From Candidatus Obscuribacterales bacterium (GTDB lineage: Bacteria > Cyanobacteriota > Vampirovibrionia > Obscuribacterales > Obscuribacteraceae), in the NCBI GenBank assembly GCA_965228855.1, contig CBDDIJ010000003.1:480001-544000 (forward strand): a stretch of 64,000 nt of DNA, read 5' to 3'. Under the pieces are notes generated by a model. That model did not search any database and was not told where the DNA came from. It saw only the letters and a program-made list of their open reading frames with translations. This document shows, in pieces, positions 27,194-36,688 of the stretch (its first letter is position 1; each line of letters starts with the position of its first letter). The translations under genes were made by a program, and so were the position numbers.

Positions 27194-29134
27194 ATGGTCC
27201 GTGTAAATCCAAATCTTTTGAAGGGTTTCAGCTGGGTCGCTATCGGTCTGGTTTGTCTCACCATCGCACTATCCGGTCTTGTCTTATTCGGATGGGCAAC
27301 CAACACTGCGCTGTTGATGGACTTGTGGCCGGATATCTCGGAAAACCAGGTTGGGCGTGTCCTGTCTGCTGCGGCGGTGACGCTGATCGGATACGGCATC
27401 GCTACTCTGACTTTCATCTTCGGCAAGACTAATAAATTTGCCATCGCCGTGGGTGAGTTTATCAATGCTTTGATGCTTACCGGCGTTGGTATTGCGATTT
27501 ACTTTATCTGTACGCAGGATGTTTTCGAAAATGAGCTCGTTCTTTTCCCTGGCCCGGACGGTGCTGCTCAGGGAGCCACCTATCCGACTCCTCTATCCTA
27601 TGAAGTGGCTGGTTTGCTTCTTCTTGTTGGTCTTACGGTTGCTGCGATACCATTTGGAAAACCAAAGAAGTATCCGCTGTTCCAAATACTTGCGATAGTC
27701 TCGCTTGTGGTTCCCTTTCTGATAATCCTTTCTGCGTCGACTAATATCGCGCAACTTTGTGCGGCAACCGGGTGCATAAAGCTATCACCGGGATTCGCAT
27801 TGTTGTGCGTTACCATGCTTGTCGGAATATTCTTTTCGCGTCCTGAGCTGGGCATCGCGGCATTATTCTCGCGCTCATCTCCAGCTTATGCGTTGATGAG
27901 ACGTGTGACTGTTTTTCTCTGTATTGTGCCACCACTCATGATGGCACGCTCAATGATTACGCGTCCACCGCTCGAGGTCGAGACTGGTTTTTCCTGGGCG
28001 TTATTCGTTCTCTTCCTTCTCGTTGCGCTCGGTGCTGTCATCGCATCTGGTGTCAACATATTTAACCGAGTTGAAACCGAACTTACCGGTCAACTCGCAA
28101 ATATGAGAGACGAGTTGGAGAGAACTTCCGGAACTAGCGGTTCGGGCACGATCGATATGGCCGGTTCCATCAACTATAAGGTTCGCTATAAACGCATTTG
28201 TCTTACTTGCACGGCTGAGTACGGTGACGACATTGAACTCTGTCCAAACGATTCGTCGAAGTTGAGCCGCGTCATGAACGAGTCGATGATCGGAACTGTT
28301 TTCCTCGATAAGTATGAAATCACGGAGCGGCTCGGTGCAGGTGGCATGAGTACTGTGTATAAAGCCAAGCACAAATACATGGATAAGTATTTCGCGATCA
28401 AGGTGTTGAAAGGAAATACTGCCGAATCGCGTGATGGGCTGAAACGGTTTCAGCGCGAAGCGCGTGCAACAGGCTCGATTTCGCACTCAGGTATTGTCGG
28501 GGCGGCGGATTTTGGATTGACGCAGGACGGTCGAGCTTATCTGGTAATGGACTATTTGGAAGGCGAGAGTTTATCTCACTTCCTGGACCGCACCGGTAGT
28601 ATGAGTGTAAGTGACGTGATTGGTTTGACCGAGCAACTTTGCGATGCCCTGCGAGTCGCTCACGATAACGGCATTGTTCATCGCGATCTCAAACCGAGTA
28701 ACATCATGCTTGTTAGTGGCGAGAACGGGCAGATCGTCGCGAAGATTGTCGACTTCGGGCTTGCCAAAATTCTCGAGGATGACGAGTCTCCCGAGCTGAA
28801 GATTACCCAGACAGGCGAATGCTTCGGAAGTCCGCTCTACATGAGTCCGGAACAATGCATGGGCAAGAGGGTAGATTTTCGCTCCGACATTTATTCGCTG
28901 GGCTGCATCATGTTCGAGTGTCTAACTGGAAATCCTCCTATAATTGGTGCGAATGCTGCAGACACCATTGCTAAGCACGTCAAGGAGCGTCCCGCGGCTT
29001 TTCCTGACGCTTTGCAGATACCGAATGAAATCAAGCTCGTTGTCTACAAAGCGCTGCATAAGGAGCCGGTGTGGCGACCTCAATCAGTGACTGAGATCAA
29101 GGATTCTTTATCCGGCTCTTTGAGACAGCTTTAG
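27194..29134 (+). CDS. Polytopic membrane Ser/Thr protein kinase
   Basis: About 8 N-terminal TM helices, CLTC..CPND linker, LGAGGMSTVY, AIKVL, RFQREA, HRDLKPSNI, DFGLAK and GSPLYMSPEQ. Confidence 0.93.
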   Translation: MVRVNPNLLKGFSWVAIGLVCLTIALSGLVLFGWATNTALLMDLWPDISENQVGRVLSAAAVTLIGYGIATLTFIFGKTNKFAIAVGEFINALMLTGVGIAIYFICTQDVFENELVLFPGPDGAAQGATYPTPLSYEVAGLLLLVGLTVAAIPFGKPKKYPLFQILAIVSLVVPFLIILSASTNIAQLCAATGCIKLSPGFALLCVTMLVGIFFSRPELGIAALFSRSSPAYALMRRVTVFLCIVPPLMMARSMITRPPLEVETGFSWALFVLFLLVALGAVIASGVNIFNRVETELTGQLANMRDELERTSGTSGSGTIDMAGSINYKVRYKRICLTCTAEYGDDIELCPNDSSKLSRVMNESMIGTVFLDKYEITERLGAGGMSTVYKAKHKYMDKYFAIKVLKGNTAESRDGLKRFQREARATGSISHSGIVGAADFGLTQDGRAYLVMDYLEGESLSHFLDRTGSMSVSDVIGLTEQLCDALRVAHDNGIVHRDLKPSNIMLVSGENGQIVAKIVDFGLAKILEDDESPELKITQTGECFGSPLYMSPEQCMGKRVDFRSDIYSLGCIMFECLTGNPPIIGANAADTIAKHVKERPAAFPDALQIPNEIKLVVYKALHKEPVWRPQSVTEIKDSLSGSLRQL

Positions 29135-29243
29135 TGTGACCGCATGAAGCAGGAGATGGATAGCGATTCCTTCCTGATTCGTTTGACGTTTATAGATCCG
29201 ACGAAAGCTTTTATGGCTATTCTTAAACGCTTGTCCCTTGTCA

Positions 29244-30710
29244 TCAATGGCTTCGGGGAATTTTGAACCAGAAAGTGCTTCCTTCGTTCAAAACTGATGT
29301 TACGCCGATTTCACCACCATGTTGTTCGACAATAGTTTTTGAAATTGGGAGTCCTAAGCCGGTACCACCTTTAGATGTCTGGTCGCTGCTCTCGACCTGT
29401 TGAAACGGTTCGAATATTTGCTCCAGTTTGTCTTGTGGAACACCCCGTCCTCTATCCGTGACGCGAAATTCGTAGTCTTCGTCATACTTAAGAACTTGAA
29501 CGGTGATCAATCCTTCCTTGGGCGAAAACTTAATGGCATTCGACAAGAAGTTGATGAGCACTTGAACCAAGCGGTCTTTGTCTGCTATGAATTGACCGCC
29601 GACGTCGTTAATCTCTAGTTTGACGCTATGACGATCAGCCATGTCTTTGACGCTTCCTATGGCGGCTTCAATGACTTCGCTGCTCGTTGTTTCTTTCAAA
29701 TCTAAGTCGAATCGAGCGCCTTCCATGGTTTCAATGCTGAGCAGGTCATCGATCAGACGCATTACCCGGTCTGTGTCGCGTGCGGCTAAAAGAATGCGAT
29801 TCTCCGCTTTCTCACTGAGATCGCCGAGCACTCCCTGCGAAAGATTATGCAAAGTGTACTGCACCGTACGTAGTGGCTCGCTGAGTTCATCCTTGACGAG
29901 GGATACGAGGTGTTTACGTTGCTTATCCACCTGTATCAGGTCCTGAGCCGCGGCGTGAAAAACTTCGTCGATATGAGCTAGTTCGTCATCTCCGCGAATC
30001 CGTGCCGCCAGCGGTTCTCTTCTTACGAGCCGACGGGTATTTTCCGAGAGTATTGCGATTGGTGTTGTGATTGTCCATGCAAAGATAACTGCTAGCACCA
30101 CTGTCAGTATCACATGCGCGCCCACTCCGTAAATTATAAATTGGCGAATATACTCGCGGTAAAGCTTTTCTTTAGCTTGAACTTTGGTTTGTGTATCTTG
30201 CTCCATTGTAAGAAGCTTATCGATGACTTTGAACGAACCTGTCATTCGAGAATACACGCGGTCCGATTTTTTTGTGGTGCCGGCGACCTTTTGAAGATCT
30301 GCATCCGGTTCGAACTCGCCTGTAAAAATAGTCCGCAATCTGTTCAGCGTTGTAGTTACAGTGGACTCTACTTCAAGGCTCAAGCTCCTGCGAGGCTCGG
30401 TTCTTTCGCAAAGACGTTTCAACTCTATGAGTTGGTTGCTGATGAAGTGAGCATCCTCATCGAAGCGAACGTCGAGCATCGGAATCTTCATTGCGTTGTA
30501 CAACATAGAAAGAAACTGGCAGTCGATTACTCTAGTACCGATGGTAGTTGCCACTGCGACAATTTTCTTAGATTCGATCCGGCGCTGAATATCACCTTCT
30601 GCAACAACCAGCAGGTAAACGAGGACGCTCATGAAAATCACTTCGAAGACTAGAGGTACTATCACGAGAAACAATCCCTTCTGGGCAATTTTTGATTTGA
30701 CCTTAATCAT
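29244..30710 (-). CDS. Membrane sensor histidine-kinase-like protein: intact HATPase, no phospho-acceptor His
   Basis: 2 TM + HAMP. DHp reads VKDELSEPL (His replaced by Asp). N box NFLSNAIKF, G1 DRGRG, F box IFEPF and G2 GGTGLGL are all intact. Confidence 0.9.
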   Translation of the reverse strand: MIKVKSKIAQKGLFLVIVPLVFEVIFMSVLVYLLVVAEGDIQRRIESKKIVAVATTIGTRVIDCQFLSMLYNAMKIPMLDVRFDEDAHFISNQLIELKRLCERTEPRRSLSLEVESTVTTTLNRLRTIFTGEFEPDADLQKVAGTTKKSDRVYSRMTGSFKVIDKLLTMEQDTQTKVQAKEKLYREYIRQFIIYGVGAHVILTVVLAVIFAWTITTPIAILSENTRRLVRREPLAARIRGDDELAHIDEVFHAAAQDLIQVDKQRKHLVSLVKDELSEPLRTVQYTLHNLSQGVLGDLSEKAENRILLAARDTDRVMRLIDDLLSIETMEGARFDLDLKETTSSEVIEAAIGSVKDMADRHSVKLEINDVGGQFIADKDRLVQVLINFLSNAIKFSPKEGLITVQVLKYDEDYEFRVTDRGRGVPQDKLEQIFEPFQQVESSDQTSKGGTGLGLPISKTIVEQHGGEIGVTSVLNEGSTFWFKIPRSH

Positions 30711-32175
30711 CTTGCTTTCCTCTCGGAGGAAGCTTCAACGCGAAATGACTTGTCTGAGAGTCAGACACCGCTGTCAGTGAACCACCATGAGCTTGTGCGA
30801 TTGCCGCTGCCAGGGCGAGAAATAATATTCTCCCTTTGACCTCGTTCTCTTCCGTTTCTCGGGTCCTGTCGAAATAATTCGCTGCTTGTACCGGAGACAG
30901 TGGCGGACCATTGTCCAGAAACCGGATGTCTACGAATCCTGCACTGTCGATAGTACCGGTAATTGTCAAACTTCCTTCGGAGGGAATTCTGAGTAAGCAG
31001 GTCTCAATCAGGATCTCAGTGGTTTCTTTTAGTTTGTCCCAATCTCCAACCAGAGGCAGTTCTTCAAACTGACAGTCCACCGATATCTGTTTCTCTTCGA
31101 TGAATTGCTCATGGGCATCAAGTGCGTCAACGATTATGTGTCCGATGTCCAGCTCCGCTTGTTTAAGAATCTGGCTTCCTGCTTCCAGGCGCTCCAGCAA
31201 GAGCAAATTGTTTATGAGTTTAATCAGGCGATCGACGCTCTGCTGCGCCCTTACTATCTCAGGGGTGGCTCGCTCGGAAAACTGTCCCATCGCTCCTGCC
31301 TCGAGCAAGGTCAGAGTGCCCTGGACGGAGGTCAATGGTGTTCTCAGCTCGTGACTGACTACAGCAACTAATTGTTGTTTGAACTTCTCGAATTCGAGAA
31401 TTTCATTTGCGGTTTCGTGCAGAGCGTGGTCCAGATCCGCGATCTCATCGGTTCCGCGAAGAGGAGGGTCAAGAGGCAATCGAGCGCCGAATTTGAATGT
31501 GTTGTTCAACACGTTTTCCATTCGTGCCGTGATCCCGCGCATCACGAAGGTCGCAAGAAATACGGTGATGGCAATGTTCGCGATGAAGCCGAAGAGAAAG
31601 AAAATTTGCAACTGCACAAGGGTTTGCTGTCGCAGTTTTGGTTGAATCGTCAGAATCTTCTGCTCCTTCTCAAGAATCACAGATGCTGCGGTTTCTGGTC
31701 GCTGTTGATTCGCTGAAGTGAGGCTGGCTAAATTGAAGAATGAGCTGACTCTCGCTTGAGGGGCGCTGTTGAGGGCGCGGTCTTGCTGGCGCATCCACTC
31801 GTCGGCGGCGTTGCGAAGCCGGCTGGCAGACTCAAGTTCGGCAGGATCTTTGGCGCACAGCTTTACTAGTTTGGAATATGCTCGCAACAATTTTGCGCGT
31901 GACTTTTCGTTGCGCTCCTTCATTTCGTTGCGACGCGTGATGTTGTAGAGAATCGCTGACGTCATCGAGTCTGAAATCTCTTTGACCATTGTCTCAACGG
32001 CGACGATCTTATCTTGCGAGGCAATTTCGCGAGCGATGTGCTGACCTGATTCGTCTAGCAGGTGAATTAGAACGGCGACAAAAAAGAGCTCGAACACCAG
32101 CGGTATCGAGATTATTAGCAGACCCTTTTGCAGGATGCTCTGTCTGCCGCTTTTATTGTCGCCTCTATAAGTCAT
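30703..32175 (-). CDS. Membrane sensor histidine-kinase-like protein: intact H-box, degenerate HATPase
   Basis: 2 TM + HAMP; H-box VSHELRTPLT. The N box is replaced by EILIETCLLRI, G1 reads DNGPP and G2 is replaced by GRILFL. Confidence 0.9.
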   Translation of the reverse strand: MTYRGDNKSGRQSILQKGLLIISIPLVFELFFVAVLIHLLDESGQHIAREIASQDKIVAVETMVKEISDSMTSAILYNITRRNEMKERNEKSRAKLLRAYSKLVKLCAKDPAELESASRLRNAADEWMRQQDRALNSAPQARVSSFFNLASLTSANQQRPETAASVILEKEQKILTIQPKLRQQTLVQLQIFFLFGFIANIAITVFLATFVMRGITARMENVLNNTFKFGARLPLDPPLRGTDEIADLDHALHETANEILEFEKFKQQLVAVVSHELRTPLTSVQGTLTLLEAGAMGQFSERATPEIVRAQQSVDRLIKLINNLLLLERLEAGSQILKQAELDIGHIIVDALDAHEQFIEEKQISVDCQFEELPLVGDWDKLKETTEILIETCLLRIPSEGSLTITGTIDSAGFVDIRFLDNGPPLSPVQAANYFDRTRETEENEVKGRILFLALAAAIAQAHGGSLTAVSDSQTSHFALKLPPRGKQDD

Positions 32176-32347
32176 TCAGATAGTGAGCTATAGCTTAGTC
32201 TCAGATCCGAGACCTCGTTATTATCTAAATTCCCTGTTTCACGAGAATTCGATACGGCTCAGGCGTTGTTATCGGCAACTCGCGGGCTTTGTTTTCGCGC
32301 AAGCGTTTACTGCGATCGCTCGTTTAACTCAACCGACTTCTGGTTTG

Positions 32348-35300
32348 CTATCTGCGACTGCCTGGTTTAGGCGGTACGTTTTGACCTTGTGGTCCCTGCG
32401 GACCGGGTTGGGGACCAGGTGTTTGCGTCTGCGACAATTCCGGGAACCAGGCATTGAGTTTGGCGCTGTCAAAGCCAGTGCTTGCCAGCTTTGCCATAAT
32501 GGACGGCTCCTTACAGAGTGCCGGACGTAACTCCAGACCCTTGTGAATATCGGCGATTCCCGCTTCCGGATTTTGTTGATTTGCTGCCATCTTTCTTACG
32601 CCCATGGAGACGTAGAGTAGTCCATCCGCTTGACCGATTTTCGAATAGTTAGCTGCATCCTGATTAATCTGAGTTAGCTCTGCTTGAGCTTCTGGTGTAA
32701 GCTGACCACCATTTGCATTTGTTGTGGATACGATGACCTGGCGTCTGGTTTCCAGAGAGGACAGTGCCGTTTGCACATCGACCGGATTTACTTTGCTGGC
32801 GGACTCGATTGCTTTGGCATAAGCATCCATTACTTGCTGTTCTGTTGGCTGTTCCGGAAGGTCCGCGAACGGCTGCAAGTTTTTAGCATGCTGCTCGCGC
32901 AGACGCTCGAATGCCTGCTGAACCTCTTGCGTCACGGAAACTTCCTGAGGCTTATCGCCCTGGAGCGGCAGTTCCGGGAACCATGCCTTCAGCTGACCAT
33001 CCGCTACTCCAGTGCTCTTCAATTTCGAGAGCACCGCCTGATCGTTTGCCAGTTCCGGCCGCATGGTCAGACCTGCCTTGATGTCAGCTTTTCCTGCTTC
33101 AGGGCTGTCCGGCGTCATCTTCAGTCTGACTGCGCCACGTGAAATATTCAAGTAGGCTTCTGACTGATCGATGCGTTTGACCATCTTCAGGTTCGACTCT
33201 ACTTTAGCCAATTCCGTTTTGGTGGCATCATCCGGCTCACCGCCCGTGATACTGCCAATGATAGCTTGCTTTTTCGCTTCCAGAAGCTGGTTGGCTCTTG
33301 CGATATCTTCAGGACTTACCTGTTTGGCGTTTTCGATCGCCGAGCTAAACGCTGCTTCGATCGCGGTGGCGTCGGATGATTCGTTGAGTGATTTCAACGG
33401 CTCCAGGATCTTGCGATGGTTCTCTGTCAGTCTTTCGAATGTCGCTTGATCGGCTTGCGCCTGGCTATCTTCCGGCTTCGCTTCCGGTTTGACCTCCGGT
33501 CTTACTTCCGGTTGCGGTGTAACCTCCGGCTTAACCTCAGTCTGCGGTCCCTCGGGTTTCGATTCCGGTTTGACCTCGGCTTGTGGGACCTGAGGCTTCG
33601 TTTCCGGTTGCACCGTATGTGGTGTCTCCGTTGAGGCAGCAGGTTTCGCCAACTGTTTCTTAGGTTCGGTCAAATTTTCATTGAGGAAACCGTTTAACTT
33701 CTCCGCGCCGCGTTCTTCGGCTGTGTGCGGCTCAAGTTTCCCGACTACGCGACCCTTAATTTTTCCGGATTCGTCTTTGTAAGGTTCCACAACGACAACG
33801 GTCGGCCAGGAGTTTGCTTGCAGTTCATCTACAAGGTCCATGCGCTGTTCGCCGTTGATATCGGTGAAAACCGCTTTGTCTTTCAAGCTTTTTTGAATGC
33901 GATCGTCCGGCCATGCCTTCGCTGTCATATCTATACAGCCTGTGCAATCCGGTGACCCAACTTTTCCTACCAGTCGCCGGCCAGATTTAAACGCGTCCTC
34001 GAGAGCCTTCTCGTACTCAGATCCATCGTATTTCAACTTCTCCGGCTGCACGACCGTCATTTCCGGTTTTGCTTCCGGTGGTGTCGCTGGTGGTGTCGTC
34101 TCCGTTTTACTTTCCGGCGTGGTTTCCGGGTTGTTTTCCGGCTTGACCTCCGGCTTAACTTCCGGCGGTTTGTTCGCGGCGACAAACTGGTCGATGGTTC
34201 CGTCTTTCTTCGCTTTGAGGTAGTCGTCGAATTTGACTTCCGGCAGTTTCTCTTTTAACTGATCGAGCTCATAAGGTGTGCGCATCAGCTGTTCAATGAA
34301 TTGCGGGCTGTTCAGATAAGCCGGATTGTCTTTGGCGCCTTCTTTGATTTTGGCAACTCCCTGGTCGAGTTGCGAGAAGTGCATCTGACTAATGCCGTGG
34401 TTCATCTTCGTCCACGCTGGAGCGTTCGCCATCAGATCGAGTACGCTCTGGCGAGCTTTGAGAGTATCGACCTTTTGCTGGTCGGCGCCTGCACCTTTGG
34501 CGACTTCTGTTTCTAACTCACGAGAAGTTTTTTGCTTAACCAGAGCAACGTCTTTAGGATCGAGCTTGGCGGCTGCGTCTTCGGCCTGGGCATACAAACC
34601 TTCACGCTGAGAGTAGGTCGAGCCTTTTAATTGTTTGAACGAATCTATGATTGTTTTCGCGTGCGGTGCGACCCTTGCTTCGGCCTCTGATTCTTGTAAA
34701 CGAAGCCGTTCTTGTTCGTTTGCTTCCGGTTTCACCGTAGCATCGGAACCGGGTGGAGGAGCATCGGGGGTGATACCACGACTGCCATCCGGTTTTGTAT
34801 CTTGGGCGGCATCCGGTACGTTGTACGAACCCTTGCGCGAGTCCATTGTTGTTTGCGCATGACCAAGCTGCTGCTGGATGATCGTGCCAATCTCCGCGCG
34901 CGAGCCCCAGGTATTTGCAATATGATTTTCGAGTTGAGGTCTGCCATCCGCCCCGGCTTTCGGTGCAAAGATAGCTGTGTACGGGTGATTTGCGTCACCC
35001 CGACTTGCTGCGACTTCTCTTCCTAATTCTGAATTTGGGTCCAATTGTGACATCTCTGCGTAGACATAGACGGCTTTTTGAGCTCCGCCTTTGGCACCAG
35101 GGATAACACCATCGACGAGCTGCTTTGTTTCAGCACTGTTTTTGTTGCCCACGACAACAACAAGTGGAACGCCATCGCGGGCGGCCTTCGCTTTAGCCGC
35201 TTCCATGTCTCCACTGGTGAAGTCGAAGTTCTTCTTGATCGAGTCGTTATACGCCGCGTCAGAAGTCCAACCGACACCTTTGGCTCGGTCTCCGTCAATG

Positions 35301-35404
35301 ATCGTGAAGCCATCACTCATTCCCGGCTTTTTGCTGGGATCGTAGATTTTATTGGCTTCTTTTAAGATCGATAACGGATCTGGATTTAATACTCTGGGAT
35401 TCAC
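32348..35404 (-). CDS. Large repetitive protein with two thioredoxin-like domains and three helical repeats; the frame extends to ATG 35533 through a UGA
   Basis: GSPDCTGC..WPTV thioredoxin domain, a Cys-less Trx-like N-terminal domain, P/E/V/K-rich linkers and three ~130-aa repeats. Confidence 0.8.
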   Translation of the reverse strand: MNPRVLNPDPLSILKEANKIYDPSKKPGMSDGFTIIDGDRAKGVGWTSDAAYNDSIKKNFDFTSGDMEAAKAKAARDGVPLVVVVGNKNSAETKQLVDGVIPGAKGGAQKAVYVYAEMSQLDPNSELGREVAASRGDANHPYTAIFAPKAGADGRPQLENHIANTWGSRAEIGTIIQQQLGHAQTTMDSRKGSYNVPDAAQDTKPDGSRGITPDAPPPGSDATVKPEANEQERLRLQESEAEARVAPHAKTIIDSFKQLKGSTYSQREGLYAQAEDAAAKLDPKDVALVKQKTSRELETEVAKGAGADQQKVDTLKARQSVLDLMANAPAWTKMNHGISQMHFSQLDQGVAKIKEGAKDNPAYLNSPQFIEQLMRTPYELDQLKEKLPEVKFDDYLKAKKDGTIDQFVAANKPPEVKPEVKPENNPETTPESKTETTPPATPPEAKPEMTVVQPEKLKYDGSEYEKALEDAFKSGRRLVGKVGSPDCTGCIDMTAKAWPDDRIQKSLKDKAVFTDINGEQRMDLVDELQANSWPTVVVVEPYKDESGKIKGRVVGKLEPHTAEERGAEKLNGFLNENLTEPKKQLAKPAASTETPHTVQPETKPQVPQAEVKPESKPEGPQTEVKPEVTPQPEVRPEVKPEAKPEDSQAQADQATFERLTENHRKILEPLKSLNESSDATAIEAAFSSAIENAKQVSPEDIARANQLLEAKKQAIIGSITGGEPDDATKTELAKVESNLKMVKRIDQSEAYLNISRGAVRLKMTPDSPEAGKADIKAGLTMRPELANDQAVLSKLKSTGVADGQLKAWFPELPLQGDKPQEVSVTQEVQQAFERLREQHAKNLQPFADLPEQPTEQQVMDAYAKAIESASKVNPVDVQTALSSLETRRQVIVSTTNANGGQLTPEAQAELTQINQDAANYSKIGQADGLLYVSMGVRKMAANQQNPEAGIADIHKGLELRPALCKEPSIMAKLASTGFDSAKLNAWFPELSQTQTPGPQPGPQGPQGQNVPPKPGSRR

Positions 35405-35708
35405 AACCTGTGAATCGGGTCTGACATCGTTCGGTCTTGGCTGCGGATTATCCGGATAAGGCCTCGGTTGAGGCTGTGGATAATAAGGCTGCGGATAGTA
35501 CGGTGTCGGACATGGACGCGGACCTCAACCCATGGACCTGTTTCCTCTTGAGCTACTACATCGAGAGGCGGAATGCCTCTGTCCGACAATAATAGAAGGC
35601 GGTCGTGAACAATTTGTACCCAAAAAAGCGCTGTGTTCGTAATAACCGCACCATACCGGCTTTTCAATATCAAAACTTTTTGAGAACCAAATTCTTTTTT
35701 TAATAAAC

Positions 35709-36650
35709 CTAAACCGCTCGGCCGGAAAGCATCAAGTCTTCGATCTCGGCTTTTGTCGGCAATGAGGCAGCTGCTCCCATTTTTGTTGTTGCGAGCGCTC
35801 CACCGGCACACGCGAAACGCAATGCGGTTTTGATATCGTCGCCTTCAGCGAGCCTTGCGGCCAGAGCCCCAACGAATGCGTCGCCTGCGGCCGTTGTGTC
35901 CTGAACTTTCACAGGGAACGCCGGCGCGTAAAGTTCATTCTTTTGTTCATCCAAACCAATCACGCCCTTGTCCCCTAATGTGACGAGGACCGTTTTAATA
36001 CCGGTCGCCTGCAGTTGTTCTGCGGCTTTAAGTGCGGTTTCTTTGCTGTTTACTTTTATACCGGTGAGCAATGATGCTTCCGATTCGTTTGGAACGAATA
36101 TGTCGATGTTGCGCAATAGTCCCGGCGGTAACTTCCCATCTTGAGGGGCTGGAGCTGGGTTTAGAAGAACGATTTTGCCTTCCTCCTTGCAGACTTGCGC
36201 GGCATGCGTCACTGTCATCAAGGGACTTTCCAGTTGAAGAACCACTATTTTGCTATTGCGAATTTTGTCCATGGCATCGTCGATGTCCTGCGGGCAAAGG
36301 TTTTCATTTGATCGGGTAGCGATCACGATGCTATTGTCGCCTTGCGGATCTATATAAATGTTAGCGAGTCCTGTACCGACATCAGGATCTTTGATGACGG
36401 AGGATGCGTCTGCTCCTGCTTCTTGCAAAGTGCTGATGATCATGTCGGCGTAGGAATCATTGCCAACGCGACCGATCATCGCAGTTTTGGCGCCTGCTCT
36501 GGCTGCCGCTAAAGCCTGGTTGTTACCCTTTCCGCCTACGAATGTTTGGTATGAGTCTGCTTTGATTGTTTCTCCACGTGCCGGTCGATACGGAACGCCA
36601 AAAACCATATCGAGACTCAAACTACCAATTACAAGAACTCCTTCAGACAT
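35709..36650 (-). CDS. rbsK: Ribokinase (PfkB family)
   Basis: GSLSLD, GGKGNNQA, GRVGND, LQLE, NPAPA, PNESEA and DTTAAGDAF. AAGGAG RBS before ATG 36650. Confidence 0.93.
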   Translation of the reverse strand: MSEGVLVIGSLSLDMVFGVPYRPARGETIKADSYQTFVGGKGNNQALAAARAGAKTAMIGRVGNDSYADMIISTLQEAGADASSVIKDPDVGTGLANIYIDPQGDNSIVIATRSNENLCPQDIDDAMDKIRNSKIVVLQLESPLMTVTHAAQVCKEEGKIVLLNPAPAPQDGKLPPGLLRNIDIFVPNESEASLLTGIKVNSKETALKAAEQLQATGIKTVLVTLGDKGVIGLDEQKNELYAPAFPVKVQDTTAAGDAFVGALAARLAEGDDIKTALRFACAGGALATTKMGAAASLPTKAEIEDLMLSGRAV

Positions 36651-36688
36651 GCGACACTCCTTGCGACTTTGAGACCCTGAGAGCCCTT

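Noticed and set aside
33470..34170. Short DNA repeats (CCTCCGGCTTAAC / TTCCGGTTT) as a repeat array
   Set aside because: They simply encode the PEVK/PETK linker repeats of the large protein.
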